A DNA stretch of 64,000 bases, from contig NC_043001.1 of NCBI RefSeq assembly GCF_006345805.1, forward strand, positions 134,168,001 through 134,232,000, read 5' to 3'. Source of the DNA: Octopus sinensis (Eukaryota). Numbering within the stretch: the stretch's first letter is position 1; each line of letters begins with the position of its first letter. The position numbers and the translations under genes are program-made. Of this stretch, positions 53,299 to 64,000 are shown piece after piece. The notes under the pieces were generated by a model. The model made no database searches. It was given only the letters and a program-made list of their open reading frames with translations, and was not told the origin of the DNA.

Positions 53299-54676
53299 GG
53301 TGTGTGTGTATACACACACACACTAGCTCTCTCTCTCTCTCTGCCATTCATTTGTTCCAGCCTATTACATATGGTTATGATTGGGCACTAGCTTTAGACA
53401 GATAGATAGATAGATAGATAGATAGGATACGAAATCCTGGAAAGTAGTTGGTTTCCAAAGTGAATATAGTGAACAGAAATCCATCTTCAACGTTTATATT
53501 TTATTTTGATTAATTTCGTCTTGTTTCTACTTAATATTAAAGTCTTATGGATATGACAGAATGTATAACTGAATATAATGTAATGGTAGTCTCACATAAC
53601 GTTGATGATGATGATGTCGGAAATAATGTTAAGGATGAAGATGGTAATAATGTAAACCACGATGGTGATGATGATGACAATGCGGGGGTGGAGACAGAAG
53701 CTGATGATGTAAGTCAGTTATAAAAGACTTGAGACATTTGTTACGTGATACAAATACCAAAGCACTGAAAACTTGGGTGAAGTCTCCAACTTAAGTTATA
53801 AATACTAGAAATAAAATTTAATTTCAAAATTATAAAATGTTAATAGTTTATTTTTTTTAAGTGCATGAAATTAAAATATTAAATATTTTAATAACGGTGG
53901 TGTGGGAGAATCATAAATAAAAGATGAAATATACAGCGAAGGTTTGCTTCAGCGTTAGAATTGATGTTCCTTAGGCTGTGATACAGTTTTCAAAGTTTTC
54001 AACCTCCTCACAGAACTTGTTGCACAAAATAATAATCAATAAATTAAACTAATCAGAGTTTGCATCTGTGAATGAGGTTATTTGTATATATATATATATA
54101 ATATATATATATATATATACACGCGTACACACACGCATAGGCGCGTGCGCGTACAGTGATAGTTAAAACGTCACTAATCTTTAAAAGTTTGTTGATGCGA
54201 ATTCCTGCAGTAAAAAGTTGAGGGATGGAAATGCGTTGCGAACTTTATTAACAACATTGCAAACAAAATTTCATACCATCCTGCGATTTGATGTTTATCT
54301 TGTCATTGAAAACTATGAATGAAGTCCGAACGTAACATATAGACACATTAATAGTTACTCACTCACACATAAATACACGATAAAAGAATTGTAAAACTTC
54401 TAAAGTTATTTGTAAATATTTCGGTAAACAGATAGAAAGATAGAAAAAGAGACAGTACTTGGAATAATGACAGCTAGTCAACTTGATTTTTGTTCCTTTT
54501 TTGCAATCCCAACAAAGTCTAGGTTAAAAATAGTCGAAAATTCTTACTTTACGAATCGAAAACTATTTGGAGAGTCTTTCTAAAAGCAATGTCAATCTTT
54601 TAAAACTCAAATAATTCTATATATTTTCTAAAAGACATTTTGCCCATTCTTTTTTACAAGCAAGAATTATATATAC

Positions 54677-54714
<38 letters not shown>

Positions 54715-54784
54715 GTGGATATATATATATATACCCACGTCTCAAAAGAAAAAACCATTCCGTCGGTACCAAACAGCTACCTAC

Positions 54785-54989
54785 CTTGTAACATTCGTTC
54801 CAATTTTCTTCGGTCGACACGGAACCTATCCTCGAACAAGCCTCCAAGATCTTTATCCGGTCGGTCATCGTTGGTACCCTGAGAAGAAGTGTCACCAATA
54901 TCAGATTTTGAATCCGAATTTAGGTAAGAACAATCAAATGAATTCGTATCCAGTCCGGGTATCAGAGACTGTAGGATAGTCTCCGCCAT
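54785..54989 (-). CDS. BicC: Bicaudal-C (KH/SAM RNA-binding protein), first coding exon
   Basis: Translates to MAETILQSLIPGLDTNSFDCSYLNSDSKSDIGDTSSQGTNDDRPDKDLGGLFEDRFRVDRRKLERMLQ-G. The end matches the conserved BicC/BICC1 motif E(E/D)RFRVDRKKLE.MLQ that precedes KH1. Donor CAAG|GTAGGT at 54785/54784 (205 nt, phase 1). The ATG is in strong context (GGTATGG) and there is an in-frame TAG upstream. Confidence 0.9.
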
Positions 54990-55500
54990 ACCAGCATTAT
55001 TCTGTTTTGTGTATGTGTTGGGGTTGCAGTGAAAGCACTAGTTGCGAACGAAAGCAGCAGTCGTGGAAAGTAAGTTTAGTGGCACTTAACTCGGCTTTGT
55101 TGCTTTCTTCCTTTCTTTTTGTTTTTCTTTTTGGTTTTGTTATGTGAGAGTAGTTTCTTTCTTTCTTTTTCTTAACAACTGAGCGATTGTTGAAGGCTGT
55201 TTTAAGAACTGAGAGAAGTAGCAGCGCCAAAGTAAGGGAAGGAAGGTGGACGAACCATATAGTGAGGGGATAGAGGCAGACGGTTAGGAATCGAGATCCG
55301 TAGTAAAAATGACAACGAGAGGGGCCAATAAAAGCTGAGATAAAGTGAAAACTACAACTATCAGGAACAGCATGCGGCTTATGGAAACTTTTATGCTCTA
55401 AATACCCCAACTATTTTTTCGATGAGGGGGAAAATAAAACTTCGACGAAAGGAACTTTTCGTTTGTTTGTTTTTTTTAATTTGTGCAACTTATTTTCTAA
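54990..55500 (-). promoter_or_regulatory. Candidate BicC 5'UTR and core promoter
   Basis: Repeat-free, CpG-retaining sequence. Two TCAGTT initiator-like motifs on the minus strand (55182-55177 and 55212-55207) and a CCAAT near 55325. The TSS is inferred only. Confidence 0.4.
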
Positions 55501-56346
55501 ACTAGATTCTACACTTATAAACAAGTATTTACGTGCGGTACTTCCTTTTAATATTTACATGAATACATTTAGTTCCATAATTTGTCCGTTGCAAAACGTA
55601 TTCTAAATTCACTAGAAAATGTCTAAAACTACGACCAAAACTAAACGGTTTCTAAACACGTAAATCCATCGAAATTCAAAATTTCATTACGAACTCGGTG
55701 ATAACTTTCTAACAACATAATAACAGAGCACTTGGTGAATTCCATTATAAATATTGATTTCTTACTTGAGGGTCAAGGTTTCTGATTTACTACGAGAGAC
55801 GAAATAAAACTCTGGCTTTCTTATCTGCATTAGTTTACAACTTTTTCCTCTGTCCGTCTTCTCAACACACCTTCACAAGACGGGCGTATCTTTTACCTGT
55901 GTAGTGTAATTAATTTACGCTGCTAATGTCTATTTCCCTTTCGCCCTGCAAGAAGAATAAAATTGCTCTAATATTCTCATCCTGTATCGACCGGTAAATT
56001 CAAGACTATTTTAACCTCGCACTGTGTTTATAATCAGTAATATCGGGTGTGTAGGAAAAATTAAAGAAACTTTTTTTTTCCTGCGAATTCAATAAAATAG
56101 TTTCGAATTTCGAAAAAAATTCTCTCTTCTATCACTCCATCTTACGATTTCTACCTTCCCTGACTATCCTTTTCGTTTTTCTTTTTCTTTTTTTCACCAG
56201 GTAATGTTATTATTTATAACTTACTCCGAAGTAAACAGATTAACAGTCGAGACGTGAAATTAGCCTTTTTTTTTCTTACTATTTCACACCATGATGGACA
56301 CAGCTGTTCAGTACAACACCGTTAGCTATAATATCATATATACATA

Positions 56347-56733
56347 TTCTTTTATCTGTTTGTCATTTGACTGATGCCATGCTGGAGCACCGCCTTTAGT
56401 CGAGCAAATCGACCCCAGGACTTATTCTTTGTAAGCCTAGTACTTATTCTATCGGTGTCTCTTGCCGAATCGCTAATGACGGGGACGTAAAGACATCAGC
56501 ATCGGTTGTCAAGCGATGTTGGGGGGGACAAACAGAAACACACACACGTGTGTGTGTATCTATATATATGACGGTCTTCTTTCAGTTTTCGTCTACCAAA
56601 TCCACTCACAAAGCTTGGGTCGGCCCGAGGCTATAGTAGAAGACACTTGCCCAAGGTGCCACGCAGTGGGATTGAACCCGGAACCATGTGATTGGTAAGC
56701 AAGCTACTTACCACACATAACACTCCTGCGCCT
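56347..56733 (-). mobile_element. Young SINE family B upstream of BicC
   Basis: Complete head (aggcgcaggagtg...) to tail. Confidence 0.88.
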
Positions 56734-57589
56734 ATGTGTATATCTGCTTAGTGTTGACTTCCCGAAAAGAAAAGAATACTCAATTTCATAATACAGAATT
56801 AATAGTATATTTTATTTTAGTCGAGTCAATCTCTCGCTACTCTGAGTTTCGTCTGTAGGTGCACATGGTCTTCAGGCAAGTTAGAAGTTTTAACTCACCT
56901 GAAGACCCTGTACACTCACAGGTAGAAACCAGAGTACTTTTTTAGCCTTAGGTGACCGAAACTTCGAAGTCAATGTCAATAATAGTCTTGTTTAATGAGT
57001 ATATTTATATATTGTGTGTCTGTGTTAAATAAAGCATTGAGACAAATACTACACATTTGAAGCGTATAGTCAATTGAATCTACTCTAGTACCTGAATGAC
57101 ACCTTATTTTATCGACCTCTAAACGGAAAAATTAAACCAGAGTTGACTCCGGCGAGATTTGAACTCAAAACGTAAAGGGCCATAACTGCATTGCAGTATT
57201 TTGGCTGACGTTCTAATAATAATAATAGTATTCGGTTTCGAAAAACTATTGTCTTGAATTTCTTTGGGTGAATATGTTAAGCCTCGAAGAATACGATTTT
57301 ACTTTTTTTTTTTTTTCTTTGAGGGATACCGCCCCTTCTGTGTTGGACTTTTTTTCCAAAATTTTTTTTTTCATAGTTTTGAAGAATCGTAATCTCAGAA
57401 GCTTAAAACATAGATCTTACGAAAATTTTTCAAAAGAAAAAATTTCAAAAACAGAAATTACGGAAAGGGGAAATCCGTCCCCACCCTTTATTTATTTATT
57501 TATTGGAGAAAACATAATCGACGATGCTTAAAACATATTCATCTAAAGAAATGAGGATTTTTGGTGCTCTAAATTCCTGTCTCTATTCT

Positions 57590-60500
57590 ACAGAAATGCT
57601 TAATGATAATAATGGTTTCTATTGTAGGCATAAGGCCAGCCTTTTTCAAGAGATGGAGTTGATCAATACCATCATCCCCACTACTAGACTGATACTTTAT
57701 TTTATCGACCCCACCAAAAATAACAATGCTAACCCCAGCATGGGTTGAACTCAGAGTGTAGAGAACGCGAATAAATACTGCAGGACCCCCCCCCCCCACC
57801 GCCTCTCTAACAATTCTATCAACTGAATAAGAACGATTTCAAATTTTGGCACAAGACCAACAATTTCGAGGAGTGGGTGAGTCAATTACATCAAGACCCC
57901 AGTCCTCAACTGGCGGTTATTTTATCGACCCTGAAAGGATGAAAGACAAAGTCAACCTTGACAAAATTTGAATTCAGACATAAAGATGGGCAAAATGCTT
58001 AGCAGCATTTTGCCCAGTGTGCTAATGATTCTGTGGAGGTGCATGGCTTAGTAGTTAGGGTGTCAGCATCATGATCGTAAGATTGTGGTTTCAATTCCTG
58101 GACCGAGCGATGCATTGTGTTCTTGAGCAAAAGACTTCATTTCACGTTGCTCCAGTCCACTCAGTTGGCCAAAATGAGTAACGCTGCGATGGCTGGCATC
58201 CCGTCCAGCTGGGGAACACATACACCATAGAAACCGGGAAACTGGGCCCATGAGTCTTGCTAGGCTTTGAAAGGGCGCAAAGAAAAGAAAGCTAATGATT
58301 CTGCAGCTCACTGCCTTAATAATAATAATGGTTTCAAATTTTGGCACAAGGCCAGTAATTTTGTGGGAGGTGTAAGTCAATTATATTAACCCTAGTGATC
58401 GACTGGTACTTATTTTATCAACCCTGCGAGGATGAATGGCAAAGTTGACCTTGGCGGAATTTGAACTCTGAACACGAAGACAGATGAAATGCCGCTAAGC
58501 ATTTTCCAAGCATATGGCCAGTAATTTTAGTAGAAGGGTAAGCTAATGATATTAACCCCATTACTTGATGAGTATTTTATTTTTATTGACTCCAAATTAA
58601 TGCAAGGCAAAGTTGATCTTGGTAGGATTTGAACTCAGAGTGGAAAGAGCTGGAAGAAATGCTGCTAAGTAAAGAATTCTGGCAGCTCAGTAATAATGGT
58701 AATCAAGGCAGCGAGCTGGCAGAAACGTTAGCACGCCGGGCAAAATGCTTAGAGGTATTTCATCTGCCGCTACGTTCTGAGTTCAAATTCCGCCGAGGTC
58801 AACTTTGCCTTTCATCCTTTCGGGGTCAATTAGATAAGTACCAGTTACACACTGGGGTCGATATAATCAACTTAATCCGTTTGTCTGTCCTTGTTTGTCC
58901 TCTCTGTGTTTAGCCCCTTGTGGGCAGTAAAGAAATAGGTATTTTGTATGTCTTTACATTCTGAGTTCAAATTCCATTGAGGTCAATTTTGACTTTCATT
59001 TATTCAGGGTCGATAAATTAAGTACCAGTTGCATACTGGATCAATCTAATCGACTGCCCAACTCCCCCAAAATTTCAGGCCTTATGCCTAGAGTAGAAAA
59101 GAATAATAATGATAATCCTTTCTACTTCAGACACAAAGCCTGAAATTGTGGATAAGGGGTTAGTCAATTACATCAACCCCAGTGTTCAACTGGTGCTTAT
59201 TTCACCAACTGTGACAGGATGAAATGCAAAGTCAACCTGTGCAAAATTCGAACTCAGAACATAAATGCCATTAAGCATTTTGTCTGGCATGCTGACAATT
59301 CTGCCAGCTCACCACCTTCTCAATAATCCTTTCTATTATAGGCACAAGGCTTGAAATTTTGCAGGAAGAGGTTAGCCAATTACATCAACTCCAGTACTCA
59401 GCTGGTACTTATTTTAAAATGATGAAAGGCAAAGTCGACCTCAACAGAATTTGAGCTCAGAACATAGAGATGAACAAAATACCACCAAGCATCTTGCCTG
59501 GTGAGCTAATGATTCTGCCAGCTCACCGCTTTAATAATAATTGCTTAAAATTTTGGTACAAAACTAGCAATTTTAGGGGATAGAGTTTAGTCAATACCTA
59601 TTTCTTTATTACCCACAAGGGGCTAGACACAGAGGGGACAAACAAGGACAGACATAGGTATTAAATCGATTACATCGACCCCAGTGCGTAACTGGTACTT
59701 AATTTATCGACCCCGAAAGGATGAAAGGCAAAGTCGACCTCGGTGGAATTTGAACTCACAATGTAACGCAGATGAAATACCGCTAAGCATTTTGCCCGGC
59801 GTGCTAACGTTTCTGCCAGCTCGCCGCCTTGTTTAGTCAATACCATCAACCCCAATACATGACTGGTACTTTATTTTGTCAGCCCCAAAGGGATAAACGG
59901 TAACATTGACCTCAGTGGTGCTTGAACTCAAAATGTAAAAGACCCAGAAGAAATGCCACAAAGCATATTTTCTGGCATAATAATGGTTCTGCTACAACAA
60001 TTTGAGTGAGAGATGTACTGCATAGACACTTATTGAAAAGTCAACTCCAATGAGATTTGAACTCAATGTACCAAAAGATGTCAAACTAAATGCTGCCTGG
60101 CACTTAGTTTGACATCCTACCTTGTCTATCAGGTCACCCAGTCTATTAGAAACAGCAGCCAGTTCTGCCTCAAATCTCACCCTACCATCTGAAATCAAGA
60201 GAGGTCACATTATATAATGTCGATCAACATAACCTAAAACTAAAAGATGGTCATGGCTAGACTGCTTTTCATCATAGATTTGCTTGATTAAAACTAACCG
60301 AAAGCTAAATAACTACCTCAATATTGATTTCTTCTTATATGCACACAACACCACCACAGTTTTGGAGAGAAGGTGATAGCACATACACATATATACATAC
60401 ATACTTAGAGAAGAAAGTAATATGCATACACACCCAGAAAAAAACAACTGGCACATAAACACACACAATATTAGGTAGAGAAGAGATGAGCATACACACA

Positions 60501-61243
60501 CATATATGCACACATGTACAGAAGAAAAACTGCAAAGCATTTTGTCTAATGCTCTAACAGTTCTGCCAGCTCATTGCTATAATAATAATAATAATAATAA
60601 TAATGCCCTAGGTGTATGGAAAACACTCAGCGAGAAACGGAAGAAAATTTGAAGAAAGAAGGAAAAAACATAATAATAATAATATAATAGTGGTTTCAAA
60701 TTTTGCCACAAGGGCAGCAATTTTGGAGGCGGGGATGAGTTGATTACATCAACCCCAGTGTACAACTGGTACTTATTTTATTTACCCTGAAAGGATGAAA
60801 GGCAAAGCTGACCTCAGAACATAAAGACAGATGAAATGCTGCTTAGCATTTTGTCCAGTGTGCTAACAATTCTACCAGCTCATTGCAATAATAATAATAA
60901 TAATATAATAATAATAATAACAATAACAATAACAACAACAACAACAAAAACTATAACAATAATAATAATAATTTGATATATTGATCTTAGCCTATAAGGC
61001 CAAGAAGCATTATAATAATAATAATAATAATCCTTTATACTATATGCACAAGGCTTGGAATTTGAGGGGAGGGGATAGTCAATCATATCAATCCCCAGTA
61101 CTTGACTGGTACCCAATTTATTGACCCCAAAGGGATGAAAAGCAAGGTTACCCTTAGCAGAATTTGAACTCAGAATGTACAGATGGACAAAGTACAATAA
61201 AGCATATTGCCCAGAGCACTACCAATTATGCCAGCTCACCACC

Positions 61244-61275
<32 letters not shown>

Positions 61276-61800
61276 CCTTTCTACTGGAAGCACAAGGCCT
61301 CAAATTTGAGGGAAGGGATTAAGTCAATTACACAGACCCCAGTGTATAACTGATACTAATTTTATCAACCCTGAAAGGATGAACAGTAAAGTTGACCTTG
61401 GCAGAATTTGAACTCAGATTATATTGATCCTACCCCACTCCTCCAGAGTATGACTGTCAGTTTTTTCTGTTGCAATCAGAACATAATAGGAAGTGGTTAA
61501 GCACCACAAGATATTTAATCCACTGCTCAACTGATTCTTCCATGTCCCTGTTGTCATAATAATGATTTTTGTTTTTAACTTTAGCACAAGTTCACATTAA
61601 ATGGGAGGTAATAGTCAATTATGCCAGGCCCCATACTTGACTGGTATTTTAATTTATCAGACCTGGAGGGATCAAAAGCAAAGTTGATCTCAACAGGATT
61701 TGAACTCAGAACATAGGGCTAAATGTTTAAATGCGACAGAGCATTTCATCTGACACTAACGATTCTACCAATCTTCTTCCATTATAATAATGATGATAAT
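57590..61800 (-). repeat. Array of about 14 family A SINE copies joined by (AAT)n, with nested younger SINEs
   Basis: Recurrent ccccagt..actggtactta.tttatcgaccc.gaaaggatgaaaggcaaagt.gacct..gcggaatttgaactcagaa, mostly on the minus strand. Confidence 0.85.
60885..60972 (+). repeat. (AAT/AAC)n microsatellite, one of many
   Basis: Direct reading. Similar (TA)n, (CA)n, (AAT)n, (GATA)n and (CAT)n tracts occur every 1-2 kb, for example 3475-3560, 6925-6972 and 13088-13128. Confidence 0.95.
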
Positions 61801-62534
61801 GATAGGGAAGAGGAGGAGGAGAAGGAGGGAGAAGAGGAGGAGGATTTCTAACTTTAGCACAAGGTCGACATGTTTTGGTGGTAGAAGAAGAGGGACAGAG
61901 TTAATTCATCCCTTCCCACTTCTCTCAAATATCTCTGATATTTCTATAATATAAAGTAAACATACACGTCAACACTTCACAGTTTCAAATGTTGAATAAA
62001 GATTAAAAAGTAAAGGGGGGGAAAATGGTTTAAGGCAAAGAATGCTAAAATCATCCAGCTTCCATTAACCAGAAATGTTTCTAGGAATGTCTATGAAGGG
62101 AACGATTAGGTTCAAAAGTTCAGACTGTGATCTTAAAACCAGCCAGAATTTTAATTAGTGTCTGCGGTAGTATGTTTTTATTTCAAAACAGGTGTCAGGA
62201 AGTTCTTCATTGAAATTCATATCATCCATGTTTACAGGTAAACATTTACTCAGCATTGTAGAATGGTGATAAGATCAAGGAAAGTGAAGCTTGCATCACT
62301 GGTTCAATTCCTCATTTAACCATTTCACTTCCATTTAGCATTTAAACTGGCCATCTCCTACCCTAAATACTCAGCTTGTTTTATGTTCAAAGGGACCAGA
62401 TCATCCCTACCACACCTATCCTACAATGTCATTCTAAAAATAAGCAATTACATCATTGAAATCTTGAAGCTACAAGATAATTCATGATTAATTCAAAGCA
62501 ATGTAAATAATAAGCCTTCATTTGATAGAGAAAT

Positions 62535-62850
62535 CATCATCATCATCATCATTTAACGTCTGTTTTCCATGCTAGTATTGGTTGGACTGTTTGACTGAGG
62601 TCTGGAAAGCTAGTGGTTGCACCAGGCTCCAATCTGATCTGGCAATGTTTCTACAGCTGGGTGCCCTTCCTAATGCCAACAACTCACAGAATGTAGTGGG
62701 TGACAGGAGCCAGTCAAGCAACCCTGGCATTGATCATGTTCGGATAGTGCTTTTTATGTGCCACCGGCATGGTAGCCAGTCAGTGGGTATTGGCATCGAC
62801 CACATTCAGATGGTACTTTTTATGTGCCACCAGCATGAGAGCCAAAGGGT
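62535..62850 (-). mobile_element. RTE tail copy truncating a piggyBac-type MITE
   Basis: catcatcatcatttaacgtctgttttccatgctag... abuts the MITE-like sequence at 62310-62535. Confidence 0.7.
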
Positions 62851-62973
62851 TAGCTATAGCATGTCTAGGCAATAACAACTTGATTAGAATTTGAAGTAGG
62901 GATAGTAAAACAGATCATCGTAAATGGAATGTCTTTGATGTTAGATCTGTTTTACAGAGACAGAGCTGGGACT

Positions 62974-63080
62974 AAACAGTAACAACAAGAATATTAATAA
63001 AAAAAAAATTCTTGATTCTAAAGTTGAAACAGTAACAACAAGAATATTAATAAAAAAAAAATTCTTGATTCTAAAGTTGA
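62974..63080 (+). repeat. 53-bp tandem duplication
   Basis: aacagtaacaacaagaatattaataaaaaaaaaattcttgattctaaagttga occurs twice. Confidence 0.9.
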
Positions 63081-64000
63081 TACAGTTGAAAACTAATATC
63101 CTTTTATTTTGTCATCAACATAGCAAAGACTTCACCATACATGCCAAATAATTGAAGATAGACTGAGACATGCCATCTGCATGAAATAACAACAGTTGAG
63201 AGTTCACATATTCAATACAGTAAATAGTTTTAAAACTAGCTAGCAATAATTGTCTCACTAAGATAATTAAAACTTACTGAAATATTTACAATATTAGTAA
63301 TTGATGAAAATATTTTTTCTTCACTATGTAATTATTTTTAGCTAGATTTTTAATGTTTTCTGTATTAAATTTTACTAATATCAGCTTCAGTATTGTTTTT
63401 CGTGCAGATCATAGAAGCAGGAATGGCTCAGTCCCACATGTGTGGCACCTTGGGAAGATATCATGGATGAATTTGGTCAACAGAAGCTAATAAAAAATGC
63501 CCATTATACAGTTGTAATTGTTGGAATAAATATTTTCTGCCAAAACAATTCATTGAAGGAAAGTCAACACAAAATGGGAACTTTGGCATAGCTACTTGAC
63601 CTGCTAGAAATACTTGGTCAGTGTAGTTCCTGGTATATAAAATGATAGAATAATCATGGTTGGAATGCCCTTGACATCAGACTGATCACTCTAGACACCA
63701 GGGCTGACCTAGGGCTAATTAACATCAATGTCAACTGTTCATGATAAATTTTAGCCATGGAAACAGAATGTACGCAATATTAGAAACAATACTGGAGTAT
63801 GTGGAGCAGACATTTTGTTGTCAGAGAAGTAGATAAGTAATTGAGGTACTCAAAGTAACGAGGCAGTTGGAGTATACAACAGGATAATTCATCCAAGACC
63901 AGGAAATATGGCAACAACAGTGTCCTTTGCATTTTTACTATAATCCAGACTGAATGATGAAGCAAGACAGACAGTTTTTATGAGGCTCTTTGCTGGATAT

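Larger units (their letters stand above)
1..54784 (-). other. Probable BicC intron 1 (runs off the left edge)
   Basis: GT donor at 54784. By eye I found no minus-strand exon encoding the expected next motifs (EDFFQK, IMEETNTQIAWPSKLKIGAKSKKDP) in 1-54784. A short divergent exon could have been missed. Confidence 0.65.

Noticed and set aside
2365-53405. Many ORF-track peptides rich in YIYIY, HTHT, CVCV or IIII
   Set aside because: They are translations of (TA)n, (CA)n and (AAT)n microsatellites and SINE bodies, not genes.
54997-55410. 137-aa minus-strand ORF upstream of BicC
   Set aside because: It starts at TTG, is out of frame with BicC, has low-complexity K/R-rich content from an A-rich UTR, and probably starts upstream of the TSS.
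63780-64000. Coding-looking sequence at the right edge
   Set aside because: Only a faint resemblance to a LINE endonuclease segment (DSFYEAL-like after a frameshift). Not supportable as a gene or a firm TE call.

Overview
AT-rich, repeat-dense animal DNA. The SINE, RTE and microsatellite repertoire points to a cephalopod, probably Octopus (inference). I can support only one host coding exon: the first coding exon of a Bicaudal-C (BicC/BICC1) gene on the minus strand (54989-54785, ...EDRFRVDRRKLERMLQ, phase-1 GT donor). I found no exon 2, so positions 1-54784 appear to be more than 54 kb of intron 1. The 55-57.5 kb region looks like the CpG-retaining promoter. The rest is a layered transposon record. 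It includes at least five tRNA-derived SINE families, RTE LINE fragments whose RT carries an inserted PHD-type finger, L1/Tx1-like and Penelope relics, a DD41D mariner derivative, a piggyBac-type MITE, two Helitrons and several foldback structures. There are no rRNA, CRISPR or bona fide tRNA genes, and I see no clear new multi-gene system. The best leads are a minimal Penelope-type hammerhead ribozyme in the BicC sense orientation, the PHD-in-RT LINE, long intronic hairpins (possible ADAR substrates), SINE/LINE tail sharing and an overlapping uORF on BicC. Family and domain names come from memory, not a database search. Repeat boundaries are approximate unless a TSD or TIR is quoted.
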